Source: an uncultured delta proteobacterium (GTDB lineage: Bacteria > Myxococcota_A > Polyangia > Polyangiales > Polyangiaceae). From it: DNA of 64,000 bases. Both the position numbers and the translations under genes were made by a program. Of this stretch, positions 30,556 through 39,934 are shown piece by piece. Location of the stretch: positions 896,001 through 960,000 of the forward strand of contig CAWJCS010000005.1 in assembly GCA_963841435.1 (NCBI GenBank), given 5' to 3'. The notes beneath the pieces were generated by a model, which did not search any database, was not told the DNA's origin, and saw only the letters and a list, made by a program, of their open reading frames with translations. Within the stretch, counting starts at the first letter, position 1, and each line of letters begins with the position of its first letter.

Positions 30556-31086
30556 TCAGTCGGGATGGTCGGCAGCCTCAGCGCAACCCGTTCGCCTGAG
30601 GATACGCAATACGCGTCCGTCGCGGCCGCCATATCGGACGCAGGACAGGTCTTGATACCGAAAGACGCGCAGCACGCGGCGAAGCTCAGTCGCGCCGGAG
30701 GGCTGACGTGCGACGACACAGCTGCTTTTGCCTTCCCGGAAGAGGTCGGGGGCGTATGTCCAAGGAACCCCGCAATCTAGGCAACACGTGGCATCGACGT
30801 AGACAGCTGATGGGTCGCCCGACACGTCATTGGTGAGCGCCCGAACTTCGCGAGTCGGCGCGCGTGGAGCTCGCATGCCGACGACGGCGGAAACGATGGC
30901 GAGAACCACGGAAATTGACGAGAGGACGAACCAGATCTGTGCGTGGCGATGAAATCGATCCGGATCCGCTGCACCGGCCACCGCGAAGCTCCCATTCTGC
31001 AGAGCCCCCAAGAAACAATAGGCGGCCGTCAGCACGAACCCAAGGGCCGCGAGAAGGGCTTTCGAGAACCGAGTCACCGAGACCAA
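30556..31086 (-). CDS. Membrane-anchored ferredoxin-like protein
   Basis: Two TM segments, then YVDATCCLDCGVP..APDLF..CVVARQP...CVRYGG. Confidence 0.65.
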   Translation of the reverse strand: MVSVTRFSKALLAALGFVLTAAYCFLGALQNGSFAVAGAADPDRFHRHAQIWFVLSSISVVLAIVSAVVGMRAPRAPTREVRALTNDVSGDPSAVYVDATCCLDCGVPWTYAPDLFREGKSSCVVARQPSGATELRRVLRVFRYQDLSCVRYGGRDGRVLRILRRTGCAEAADHPD

Positions 31087-31120
31087 ATCCTACCGCGAGC
31101 GAGAAAACTCGTCCGCCCAA

Positions 31121-31194
31121 CTCCGCGGCCGCCCGCAGCCCGAAGGGCGAGGACGGACGCTTGGAGGAGACCGCAGACGCGCAGGCGGCCACGC
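31121..31194 (+). repeat. REP-like repeat (partial)
   Basis: Nearly identical to 35355-35428. Confidence 0.8.
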
Positions 31195-31282
31195 GTCGAT
31201 ATCCCGGGCCCGCGCGGCGACCCGAACGATCGTGGCGTATCGCTGGGCAGCGAGGCCGAAGTGATCCGCCACCCGCGTCTGA

Positions 31283-32269
31283 CTACGGAGACGCAGGCGC
31301 TTCGCAGGGAACCAGGCGGCCCAATCTCGGGGGATCGACCCTGATCATGGCCTCGGCCCACAGCCTCCCGGTGGTTCCGAGGTTGAGCTCGATGGAGGGC
31401 CTCCCACCGTCGGCGGTAAGACGGATCACGGACGGCGGGATCACGACCTCGGTGTCCCATGCCATGGCGCTTCCGCCACCGAACGAGACTGCCGCCGCGT
31501 AGTCGATGCCGGCGCCGGTCAGGTCGATGCGGTACCCGCCGCCACCGAATTCCTCGTAGCAGCCGGCGGCACTGGGGACCGCGATCAGATGGCCGTCGCA
31601 GTCGATGATCGCCCCCTGGACGAAGCCCGTCTCGTAGCAGACGTACTGATAGGGCATGGTGTCGGGGCAGTCGACGAACTCGGCCTGTGCCACGGTCCCG
31701 TCGGGCGCAAGATGCACCTTCAAGGCGACGTAGCCGTTGCCGGTCGTAGAGCGCTTCAGCGTCAGGAGCTGACGTCCCTCGTCGAAGGATTCCTGGTCGT
31801 ACGTGCCCTCGACGATCGAGTAGACGTCGTCGCCCGAGCGCTCGATGCGAGCGGATTCGCCGTCGTGCGCGATCAACCAGCAGCGCTCGGCGATCGCGGG
31901 AGGGTTAGTTGCGTCGCCACCTGCTCCCCCGGCCGCTCCGCCGACACCGGCCGCTGCAGCGACACCGGCCGCCCCAACCGCTCCGCCCGCCCCAACCGCT
32001 CCGCCCGCCCCTCCGCCCGCGGGCGCGACACCGGCCGCTCCGCCCACCGCAACGCCCGCCGCTCCGGCGAGCGAGCCCTCTTCGGCGCCTGCCGAGCCCC
32101 CACCCCGTCCGCTGCTCGCGCCACCCCCCGTCCCGGCTCCGCTCACGTCTGTGCCGGCTGTGCCAGAGGCCATGTCAGCCCGATCAGCCACCGACTGCCC
32201 GCCGCAAGCTGTGCTCGCCAGCAATAACAGCCAGGTATGCGCGTCGAGGGCACGCCGCGTCGCCGCCAT
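31283..32269 (-). CDS. Gly/Ala-rich lipoprotein
   Basis: Lipobox LASTAC, low-complexity linker, Cys-containing globular domain. Confidence 0.75.
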   Translation of the reverse strand: MAATRRALDAHTWLLLLASTACGGQSVADRADMASGTAGTDVSGAGTGGGASSGRGGGSAGAEEGSLAGAAGVAVGGAAGVAPAGGGAGGAVGAGGAVGAAGVAAAAGVGGAAGGAGGDATNPPAIAERCWLIAHDGESARIERSGDDVYSIVEGTYDQESFDEGRQLLTLKRSTTGNGYVALKVHLAPDGTVAQAEFVDCPDTMPYQYVCYETGFVQGAIIDCDGHLIAVPSAAGCYEEFGGGGYRIDLTGAGIDYAAAVSFGGGSAMAWDTEVVIPPSVIRLTADGGRPSIELNLGTTGRLWAEAMIRVDPPRLGRLVPCEAPASP

Positions 32270-32376
32270 GGTCCGGGAGGAGCAACTCTCGTGCCGGCCC
32301 GAACCCGCCGCCCGATGCCATCGTGCAGCGGCCCCTACGAAGCGGCTGCCCAGCCGCCTGAAGATTCGCGGCCTGC

Positions 32377-32949
32377 GTGCTGCTCGACTACATCATGGAG
32401 GTCGACCATCAGGCGCAGCGCATCGAGCGGCTGGAGGGAGCCATCGACCGCGCCATCGCGGAAGCGCCTGCCGAGCTCCGCGCGATCGTCGACGCCCTCC
32501 AGGCGTTGCGCGGCGTGGCCAAGGTCACCGCCGTCACGCTCGCCACCGAGCTCGGGTGCTTCAGCCGCTTCGAGCGGGCAGCCCAGGTCATGAGCTACAC
32601 GGGCGTGGTCCCGTCGGAGCACTCGAGTGGACCGCGGACGCGCCGCAGCGGCATCACGAAGACCGGCAACTCACACCTGCGCCGAGTGCTGGTCGAGGCG
32701 GCTTGGCATTACCGCCACCGACCGAGGATCTGCCAGCGGCAGCACGAGCTGCAAAAGGCGCTCGATCCGAAAGTCGCAGCCAGTGCCTGGCGGGCGCAGG
32801 AGCGCCTGCATCGCCGCTACTGGGCGCTCGCACAGAAGAGCAAGCCGACCGGCAAGATCGTCACCGCCATCGCTCGCGAGCTCGTCGGCTTCGTCTGGGC
32901 GATCGGCGTCGAGACCGAGCAACGCACGAAGCGCTCGAAGGCAGCATGA
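32377..32949 (+). pseudogene. IS110-family recombinase/transposase, C-terminal half
   Basis: LRGVAKVTA, GVVPSEHSSG, GITKTGNSHLRRVLVEAAWHY, TAIARELVGF; RuvC-like N-terminal domain absent. Confidence 0.9.
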
Positions 32950-33021
32950 AACGCAAGGTGAAGTGAACGAGCCAGGGGTCGAGCCGGCAACGGTAGGAGG
33001 ATCCTCGAATACGTTGTGTGG

Positions 33022-33059
33022 CAAGCGAGGGCCACGTCAGCTGCAACGCGGAGTTAGGC
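33022..33059 (-). repeat. attC site, left half only
   Basis: Minus strand GCCTAAC-TCCGC-GTTGCAGCTGACG; R'' overlaps the TAA stop of the cassette gene. Confidence 0.75.
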
Positions 33060-33527
33060 GGCCGTTCGCGGCTTGACAACGAGATCAACGACGCAGTCGA
33101 GAACCTGCAGAAGGCTGACAAGCTGGCTCAGGCTCTTGCGCGTGTTGGTAGGGTCCAGCAACCGATAAAGCTGCGGCACCGAAGTCTGAAGGCGTCGAGC
33201 AAGCTCGCGACGACTCAGCCCGGAGCTCGCCACTCGCTTGGCAGCTTCAACCGTTAGCTTGTGAGCAAGCAGTTCGGCCAGGTACTTCGGCTCCTGGTTG
33301 TACTCGAGCGCGTGGTCGATATGAACGGAACCTTCGGCGCCGGAAGCAAGTGCATACGTGACAGCTTCGTTTCCGAGTTCCTCGTCCACGTACACCTTGA
33401 CGATCCTGTCCTTGGAGGACGGGCGAGGCCTGAGCTTCGCAAACGGGAATGGGTAGGACTTGCCTGAACGCGTAACGAGCTCAAGCTGAGCCTTTCGCTG
33501 ATTCACAAAAGCGCGGTGGATCTTCAT
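33054..33527 (-). CDS. Putative antitoxin with C-terminal HTH
   Basis: GLSRRELARRLQTSVPQLYRLLD; overlaps the upstream gene by ATGA. Confidence 0.75.
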   Translation of the reverse strand: MKIHRAFVNQRKAQLELVTRSGKSYPFPFAKLRPRPSSKDRIVKVYVDEELGNEAVTYALASGAEGSVHIDHALEYNQEPKYLAELLAHKLTVEAAKRVASSGLSRRELARRLQTSVPQLYRLLDPTNTRKSLSQLVSLLQVLDCVVDLVVKPRTAA

Positions 33528-33718
33528 AGCAGGCCATCCTTCCTGAGAGAGGCGATGAGCCGGATCAACTTGCCCGTCGGCTGTCCCTTCATCGGGACAG
33601 AGGCGTCGAGGTTCCACTTGAGGACGAGCTTGCCATCTCGGTACACGTGCACGTGGCGGGGGCTGTGGTCGCCGATCCAGGTGAGGAAGACGTAGTTGTC
33701 TCGCCGGATCTTGCCCAC
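33524..33718 (-). CDS. DUF4160-like small toxin
   Basis: GDHSPRHVHVY motif, 64 aa. Confidence 0.8.
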   Translation of the reverse strand: MGKIRRDNYVFLTWIGDHSPRHVHVYRDGKLVLKWNLDASVPMKGQPTGKLIRLIASLRKDGLL

Positions 33719-33834
33719 CCGCAGATGTTACCACACGCGGTAACACTTGCAAGGCCGGCCGCCTTCCAGGCTCCTCGGAACGCCGTGCGGATGCACTGCG
33801 CGCCCCGGGCCAGTGGCTCACCCCTGTCCGCCTA

Positions 33835-33933
33835 CTGTAACGTAGTGGCGTTCAGCTGCGGGCGCCAGAGGGAGCGGGTGAGCGAAGCGAACCAGCGACC
33901 GACCAGCCCGTCAGCTGCAACGCCTTGTTGGCC
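33835..33933 (-). repeat. attC site
   Basis: Minus strand GGCCAAC-AAGGC-GTTGCAGCTGACGGGC...GCCCGCAGCTGAACGCC-ACTAC-GTT; two unpaired bases in the stem; 5 bp after the gene stop. Confidence 0.85.
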
Positions 33934-33938
33934 AGCCG

Positions 33939-34169
33939 TCACGCAGTGCGCTTGAGGTCGCGAACCGCGATGAGATCAGCATCGCCGACTGCACGAACAT
34001 CGGTCGAAAGAAGAGTCACGAGCGCCTGGGTCCTTCCGGAAGCAAGCACGAACTCAACGTCGAGGCCGTCGGGCGCGTGAACGTCAACGATCGCGCCCAG
34101 GTCGCCGCGGCGAAGGCCGTGCTCGGGCAAGTCACGATCGAGAACGACAGTGTCGAGGAGCTTGAACAT
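33939..34169 (-). CDS. DUF4926-family protein (putative antitoxin/immunity)
   Basis: LLDTVVLDRDLPEHGLRRGDLGAIV...VEF...GRTQALVTL. Confidence 0.88.
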   Translation of the reverse strand: MFKLLDTVVLDRDLPEHGLRRGDLGAIVDVHAPDGLDVEFVLASGRTQALVTLLSTDVRAVGDADLIAVRDLKRTA

Positions 34170-34171
34170 GG

Positions 34172-34504
34172 CTAGCCGGGGAAGGCGGTGACGAAGTGCG
34201 CGAAATCCTGGCGGTTGGAGACCATCCACACCGTCAGGATGGAGGCCTCACGTCCAGCAGGCCCACGCAAAGTACCACGGATCTCGAACTTCTGCCCGTG
34301 CGGGCTCGGCTGTCCGGGCAGAGCATCGCCGGAACGCGCGAGTTCGAGCAGGGCGTCGCGCAACGCTGTCCAGTGGTCCAGGGAGAAGCCAAGCCCGAGG
34401 AAGAAGACCGACTTGAACCGGCCTACCGGATGCGAGGACGACAACAGGTAGTCGCGGACCTTAGCGTCGTCGACGATCGCGCGAGAACTGTTCGGGAGAT
34501 GCAC
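34172..34504 (-). CDS. DUF6883-family protein (putative RNase toxin)
   Basis: LPN...AIVDDAKVRDYLL...HPVGRFKS.FF..LGF...TVW...FVTAFP. Confidence 0.85.
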   Translation of the reverse strand: MHLPNSSRAIVDDAKVRDYLLSSSHPVGRFKSVFFLGLGFSLDHWTALRDALLELARSGDALPGQPSPHGQKFEIRGTLRGPAGREASILTVWMVSNRQDFAHFVTAFPG

Positions 34505-34693
34505 AGGTTCTGCTACTGCCGAGGGTACTGGAAAGCCGAAGCCAAACGCACCATGCCAGGTCCGCCCAACTTGTACTTCGCTTGGTCTGCCTAAGCCAGC
34601 CGCGGCAAGTCTTGATAAGCCGCTACCGCGACAGGAACCAGGTGAATTCGCGTTATCAAGCGGCGCTAGCTGGACCTTGCAAGAAGCCACGCC

Positions 34694-35098
34694 TCAGCAC
34701 CCGCGGGACCTCCGCCGGATCTCCTCTGCCAGCCAGGCAACCACGCCGCCAACATCCCCCATGACCTCCCGCGCCTCCACCCGCAGCACCCGATACCCCA
34801 ACCGCCCAAGCTCCCTGTCCTTCCGCGCATCCGCCCCGCGCCGCCCGACGTGCGACGCCCCATCAACCTCCACGACGAGCCGCACCGACGGTGCCGCGAA
34901 ATCCACGATGCGCCCGCCGATGACGTACTGCCGCCGGAAGGCAACCCCGAGCTTGCTGCTCACCAGCCGCGACCAGAGCAGCCGCTCGGATGCCGTGCCA
35001 GACGCGCGCATCCCGGCAGCACGCGCCTGAAGCAGCTCGCGCCTCCGCTGAAGCAAGCGTTCGTGGGAGGCGGAAGTTGGGTGAAGGCGATGCGGCAT
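34694..35098 (-). CDS. DUF559/Vsr-like endonuclease
   Basis: SERLLWSRL, FRRQYVIGGRIVDF, VVEVDGASH, LGYRVLR. Confidence 0.9.
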   Translation of the reverse strand: MPHRLHPTSASHERLLQRRRELLQARAAGMRASGTASERLLWSRLVSSKLGVAFRRQYVIGGRIVDFAAPSVRLVVEVDGASHVGRRGADARKDRELGRLGYRVLRVEAREVMGDVGGVVAWLAEEIRRRSRGC

Positions 35099-35305
35099 GG
35101 TGGTCTCCTCGCGCCCGGGGTGGGGCCGGGCGCAGCCCCCCTGGCGCAAGCGCCGTGACGCGCGCAAGGCGTCGCGTTTGCCGCACAGCACGGAGCGCGG
35201 CGCGGCGGTTGCGCCTCCCCGCGAAGCCCGGCCCCAGCCCGGGCGCGAGCGTCACCACGCCGCCCATCGCCCGCACACGACGTGCGACCCTGCCAACGTC
35301 CCGCG

Positions 35306-35440
35306 ACGCCCGTCACCGACACCCTGCGCCACCCCGTGCACCAGCGTGCGTCTCCTCCGCGGCCGCCCGCAGCCCGAAGGGCGAGGACGGACGCTTGGAG
35401 GAGACCGCAGGCGCGCAGGCGGCCACGCCGCCCGTCACCG
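35306..35440 (+). repeat. REP-like repeat, full unit of about 122 bp
   Basis: GCCCGTCACCG occurs at both ends; central palindrome GTCTCCTCC...GGAGGAGAC. Confidence 0.8.
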
Positions 35441-35491
35441 TTCAGTCACCGCACGCAGAAGCCGCCGAGCACCTGCGAGTGGAGGCAGCAG

Positions 35492-35562
35492 TTCCGGCGC
35501 ATGGATTCGAACCACGATTCAGGGATTCAAAGTCCCTTGTCCTGCCCTTAGACGACGCCGGA
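35492..35562 (-). tRNA. tRNA-Gln (anticodon TTG), CCA not encoded
   Basis: Acceptor TCCGGCG/CGCCGGA; anticodon arm AGGGA-CTTTGAA-TCCCT; T arm GGTTCGAATCC. Confidence 0.95.
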
Positions 35563-35675
35563 ATGAGGGGGGTCGCGGGAACTTGTCGGGAGATGGGGCG
35601 GGCGTCAACCGCCAGGCGTTGGGCGGTGGCACGCCAGGCGGTGCAGGCCTGCTCGAAGCGCGGTATCCTTGCCCG

Positions 35676-35897
35676 ATGCGCGCGCTCGTGAAGAACGGTC
35701 GCCTTACCCTCGACGAGCCCACCGATTTGCCCGACGGCACCCTCGTCCCACTCGAAGTAGCCGGTGACTGGGACGACCTGGACGATCAAGAACGCGCCGC
35801 TCTGCACGACGCGTTGCGCGAAGGCTTCGAGGAAGCGAAAGCAGGGCACACCATCGACGCCGAGCAGTGGGCCGCCGAGCTGCGCTCGCGCCTGTGA
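35676..35897 (+). CDS. Small acidic antitoxin-like protein, no toxin downstream
   Basis: VKNGRLTLDEPTDLPDGT...DLDDQERAALHDAL...AKAG..IDA. Confidence 0.65.
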   Translation: MRALVKNGRLTLDEPTDLPDGTLVPLEVAGDWDDLDDQERAALHDALREGFEEAKAGHTIDAEQWAAELRSRL

Positions 35898-36025
35898 ACA
35901 CGGACCCAAGCTGTAGCGCTCGGCACGCAAGCAGGCGGCCCACGCCGCCCGGTATCGTTCACTCACGGCGCTAGGACCAAACGGTCGAACGCACGAGCGA
36001 GCGCCGGCTCAGCCCCTGACGGGTT

Positions 36026-37408
36026 TCAGGGCAGCGCCTGCTTCTGGAACATGTCCCAGGCCGTATCGACGATCTTGGAGAGTCCGTAGCTGCCGCAGTG
36101 GTTGGAGCTCGCTGCGGTGCACAGGGAAACCTGCGTGCCGCCATCGCAGGACGTGTAGTCCTGGCAGATGGAGTTGCCGGGGTCCTTTGTCGGCGACCCC
36201 GTGCATTTGTCGAAGTTGGCCCAGGTCTGGAAGTTGACCTCTGCGCTCGGGAAGTTTAACGCCGCGCAGCTACCTCCCGGCGGGCAGTTCGCGGCGACGA
36301 GCGTCTTGCCGCCGTTGTAGGGCACGATGGACATGTCCTGGCCCTCGTCGAATGCCATCACCGAGATCGGTCGCGGCAACTGGCAGGTGCAGGCGGTGTT
36401 GTTCGTGGGGGTCAGCGACGCGGCATTCGCCGGTTCCTCACCGGTGATGCAGCGGAAGTCTACGGGCGCCACCGCCGCGATCACGTCCGCGGCATTGCAC
36501 GCGAGTATGTAGGCCATGCCGCCGCCGTTGGAGCAGCCGCTCGCGTAGACGCGTTTGGGGTCGATGCACGTGTTGCCTGCGAGCCACTGGATCATGTCCC
36601 GCGTGAACTTCACGTCATCCACCATCTGCTGCTGGGAGTTGCTGCAGCAGTAGCCGACGTTCCAGGAATTGTCGCTCGGCCCCGAGTCGGGAAACACCGC
36701 GATGCAGCCGACGCTGTCGCACTTCTTGTCCCAGCCCGACGCCTGCTTCTGGCTCTGGCCCGTCCCGCCGAGCGGGTGAAAATCGAAAATCACGGGCAGC
36801 GGGGAGTCCCCGGCGTAGCCAGTCGGAAGGTGGACTATGAATTTGCGGGGCATGCCGTCTGAGGTGATGGTCTGGTTCGAGTCGCCTGCCTTCAACGTGC
36901 CGGGACAGGTCGCGCCGCTCTCGCCTGAAGAGCCGCCCGTGCCAGCAGATCCGCTGCCACCGCCCTGGCCGGCCCCGGCGCCGGCCGTGCCACCGGCGCC
37001 CGCGAGACCGGCACCGCCAGCCGTCATGCCGGCCGTTCCACCGCCCATGGTGGTGCCGCCGAGTCCGCCGCTTACGACCGTGCCACCTTGACCGCCGCCG
37101 CCCGGACCCTGCCCCGCTGTCGCTCCCTGTCCACCGACCGCCGCACTCGAGCCGCCCACGTCGCCGCTGCCAGCTGCTGCGGTACCGCCGCTGGCCGCGC
37201 CACCACCGACGCCGGCGTTTCCCGGCAACGTGCCCGAGCTTCCCGCGGCGAAGGTTCCCGCCGACGGCTGCCCCGTGCCGCCGGTCGTTCCACCGGATCC
37301 GGAGCGCGAGCCGCCCGCACCACCGCCCGGGGTCGGGCTCGTTCCGCAGGCCCCCGCGGCGGCGACTGCCAAAAAGACGTTGATCGAACGAACGCTGCGA
37401 AGGGTCAT
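36026..37408 (-). CDS. PHB depolymerase/LpqC-like esterase lipoprotein
   Basis: Lipobox AAGAC, Gly linker, IFDFHPLGG, SWNVGYCC, YASGCSNGGGM. Confidence 0.88.
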   Translation of the reverse strand: MTLRSVRSINVFLAVAAAGACGTSPTPGGGAGGSRSGSGGTTGGTGQPSAGTFAAGSSGTLPGNAGVGGGAASGGTAAAGSGDVGGSSAAVGGQGATAGQGPGGGGQGGTVVSGGLGGTTMGGGTAGMTAGGAGLAGAGGTAGAGAGQGGGSGSAGTGGSSGESGATCPGTLKAGDSNQTITSDGMPRKFIVHLPTGYAGDSPLPVIFDFHPLGGTGQSQKQASGWDKKCDSVGCIAVFPDSGPSDNSWNVGYCCSNSQQQMVDDVKFTRDMIQWLAGNTCIDPKRVYASGCSNGGGMAYILACNAADVIAAVAPVDFRCITGEEPANAASLTPTNNTACTCQLPRPISVMAFDEGQDMSIVPYNGGKTLVAANCPPGGSCAALNFPSAEVNFQTWANFDKCTGSPTKDPGNSICQDYTSCDGGTQVSLCTAASSNHCGSYGLSKIVDTAWDMFQKQALP

Positions 37409-37614
37409 CGAGAACTCCGTAGGGCGCACGGCGACGGTAGGAGCGAAGATGGCGAGCGCCCAGAGGACGAAATCGCCCTCCCCGGGGCGGGGACACGGCT
37501 GCGCCGCGGCCCGTGCGCGTTCGGTCGGCGACTCGAACGCAGGGGACATTCGTGTCCCCCCCCGTTGACCTTCCGGACGGGTATCCTTCCTGCTTCGCCT
37601 TGCCCGAACGCGAG

Positions 37615-38604
37615 ATGACGGTCGAGCTACTCATTCACGCCGTCGTGCGCCAGACGACTATCCTGATTGCGCAGCTGGCAACGGCGGGCGGATTGCGCGC
37701 GCCGCTCGCGCAGATTGCCAATCGGGTGTTCTTGGATCTCGTTCGGGAGCTGGAGCGGCAGGGCGTCAGCCGCAAGGTGAGTGCCGACATGTTCGGTCTG
37801 GGCCTTCGCACCTATCGTCGCAAGATCCAGCGCCTGAGCGAGAGCACGACCGAGCGAGGCCGGTCGCTCTGGGAGGTCGTGCTCGAGCACGTGCGCAAGC
37901 AGGGGCTCGTGGCTCGCGCCGACGTGCTTGCACGCTTTTCGCGCGACGACGAGGCGCAGGTGCGAGCGGTGCTGCACGATCTATGCGACAGCCAGCTCGT
38001 TTTCGCCGCGGGGACCGGCGCCCACTCCACGTATCGTGCGGCCACCGACGAGGAGATCGACACGCTGAGGCGCCGCCCGGGGCCGGACGGCTCCGACGAG
38101 CTCTTGCTTTCGTTGATGTACCGGGAGGGTCCGCTCACGGCGCCCGGAATCGCAGCGCTCGCGCAGCAAGATCCGTCCAGCATAGAAGCCACGCTGGCTC
38201 GCCTGCTCGAAAGCGGACGCATCGAGCGCTTCGAGATGAACGGGACGGCCCATTACCGGGCGGGGGCGCTGGTGATCCCGCTCGGCGCGGCCGCCGGCTG
38301 GGAAGCAGCAGTGTTCGACCACTTCAAGGCGCTGGTCACGACGATCGTCGGTCGCCTCGGCCGGGATCGCACGGCGCTCGCGGATCGGGTAGGCGGCAGC
38401 ACTTACACCATCGACGTGTGGGACGGCCACCCGCTCGCCGAGGAAGTCTACGGGACGCTCGGACGCCTACGCCAGTCACTGAGCGAGCTGCGCGAGCGCG
38501 TCGAGCGCGTGAGCGAGACCGTCGAGCGCCCGGCTTCGCACACGCGCGTCGTGATCTACGCCGGGCAGGCGTCGATCGAAGAGGAACATGAGCCGGACGA
38601 CTGA
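37615..38604 (+). CDS. Hypothetical protein, probable DNA-binding regulator
   Basis: GVSRKVSADMFGLGLRTY HTH-like segment and winged-helix-like repeats. Confidence 0.7.
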   Translation: MTVELLIHAVVRQTTILIAQLATAGGLRAPLAQIANRVFLDLVRELERQGVSRKVSADMFGLGLRTYRRKIQRLSESTTERGRSLWEVVLEHVRKQGLVARADVLARFSRDDEAQVRAVLHDLCDSQLVFAAGTGAHSTYRAATDEEIDTLRRRPGPDGSDELLLSLMYREGPLTAPGIAALAQQDPSSIEATLARLLESGRIERFEMNGTAHYRAGALVIPLGAAAGWEAAVFDHFKALVTTIVGRLGRDRTALADRVGGSTYTIDVWDGHPLAEEVYGTLGRLRQSLSELRERVERVSETVERPASHTRVVIYAGQASIEEEHEPDD

Positions 38605-39730
38605 CCGCCGCTCGGCTGCCGGCGCTCGCCCCGCGGGACGAGCGAGGCCTCGACACCTGCGCCGCGGCGTTTCGCTCGTGTTCGCATGCCTTTCGCCGAT
38701 CGTGGTGTGGGCGGGTGGTTGCTCGACCGAGGAGCGGGTGCCGACCGGTGGCGAGACGCATTTTCTCGTGCGCTGCAGCGCGACGGCCGAATGCGGCAGC
38801 GCTCTGAGCTGCCTGTGCGGCGTGTGCACGCTCGCGTGCAACGCGTCGAGCGAATGCGTGGGCCTGTCGGTCGCAAAATGCTCGACCATCCCGCCGAGCA
38901 GCGCATGCGGCGACGCGGCCGCGCTGCTCGTGTGCGACGTCCGCTGTGCCACCGACGCCGATTGCGCCGCGCTCTCGACGGGCCATCGCTGCAGCAACGG
39001 GGTATGTCGCCGGGGAGACGCTCCGGATGCCGGCACCGGCGGAAGCGGGGGCAGCGCGGACAGCGGCACGGACGCGGCGACCGGCGGCGGTGCCGGCGCC
39101 TCCAGCTGTGCGTCGGGCGACCTGGGCGGCAACGAGGTGCTGGTCATCGGAGACAGCTTCCTGGGCGCCACGCACCAGGTCACGGCGTACCTCGAAGACC
39201 GGGCACGCAACAGCGGAGCGCTGAGCATGGGCGAGCGCTACCGCGACAACTCGGGCGTCACGGCGAACGCTCTTTCGCTCGGCGGGCACGGCATCGCGGC
39301 TCAGTACGCTTCGGCCGCCGCCGAGTCACCCGTCAAGGTCGTGATCATGGACGGCGGCGGCACCGACCTCCTGGTCGGAGCCTGCGACACGCCGAGCGCG
39401 GACTGTCAGGTGCTGCACGATGCGAGCGCCGCCGCCGCCGACCTCTTCGGCCAGATGGGGCGGGACGGAGTGCAGAACGTCGTCTACGTGTTCTATCCCG
39501 ACTATGAGGACGCGGCGATCCACGACAAGATGGATTCGCTGCGACCGCTGATTCAGGCCGCTTGCGCCGCGAGCCCGGTGCCTTGCCTATTCGTGGATCT
39601 CCGCCCCACCTTCGCGGGTCACCTGGCAGAATACACCGACGCGAGCAACATCCTTCCGAGCGCGCTCGGCGCCGAGGCCGCCGCGGACGCGATCTGGTCC
39701 ACGATGCAGGACGCGTGCGTCGCGCAGTGA
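38588..39730 (+). CDS. SGNH/GDSL hydrolase lipoprotein with Cys-rich N-terminus
   Basis: VIGDSF block I, MDGGGTD; the block V His appears replaced (SNILP). Confidence 0.8.
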   Translation: MSRTTDRRSAAGARPAGRARPRHLRRGVSLVFACLSPIVVWAGGCSTEERVPTGGETHFLVRCSATAECGSALSCLCGVCTLACNASSECVGLSVAKCSTIPPSSACGDAAALLVCDVRCATDADCAALSTGHRCSNGVCRRGDAPDAGTGGSGGSADSGTDAATGGGAGASSCASGDLGGNEVLVIGDSFLGATHQVTAYLEDRARNSGALSMGERYRDNSGVTANALSLGGHGIAAQYASAAAESPVKVVIMDGGGTDLLVGACDTPSADCQVLHDASAAAADLFGQMGRDGVQNVVYVFYPDYEDAAIHDKMDSLRPLIQAACAASPVPCLFVDLRPTFAGHLAEYTDASNILPSALGAEAAADAIWSTMQDACVAQ

Positions 39731-39881
39731 GCGGGTCCGACGCCCGGCGCCGCACCCCAAGGTTCGCGGCCGCCCCTCCCCCAACCCGAGCGCACGGAAG
39801 CTCGTGCCGGCGGCGCGCCAGACGCGGGTACCAGGCGATCGGGACGGACAGGGTCCGGCCGTCAACCGCGTCAGCCCGCGC

Positions 39882-39930
39882 CGTCTCCCCCGCGGCCGCC
39901 CGCAGCCCCGCGAGGACGGACGCGTGGAGG
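39882..39930 (+). repeat. REP-like repeat (diverged)
   Basis: CGCGGCCGCCCGCAGCCCCGCGAGGACGGACGC. Confidence 0.7.
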
Positions 39931-39934
39931 CAGC

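Noticed and set aside
31920-32160. Short tandem GC-rich repeats (also 36920-37330, 52610-52870, 55200-55580)
   Set aside because: They encode Gly/Ala/Thr linkers of lipoproteins
35492-35562. tRNA-Gln as an integrative-element attachment site
   Set aside because: No duplicated tRNA 3' end or tyrosine/serine integrase found in the window
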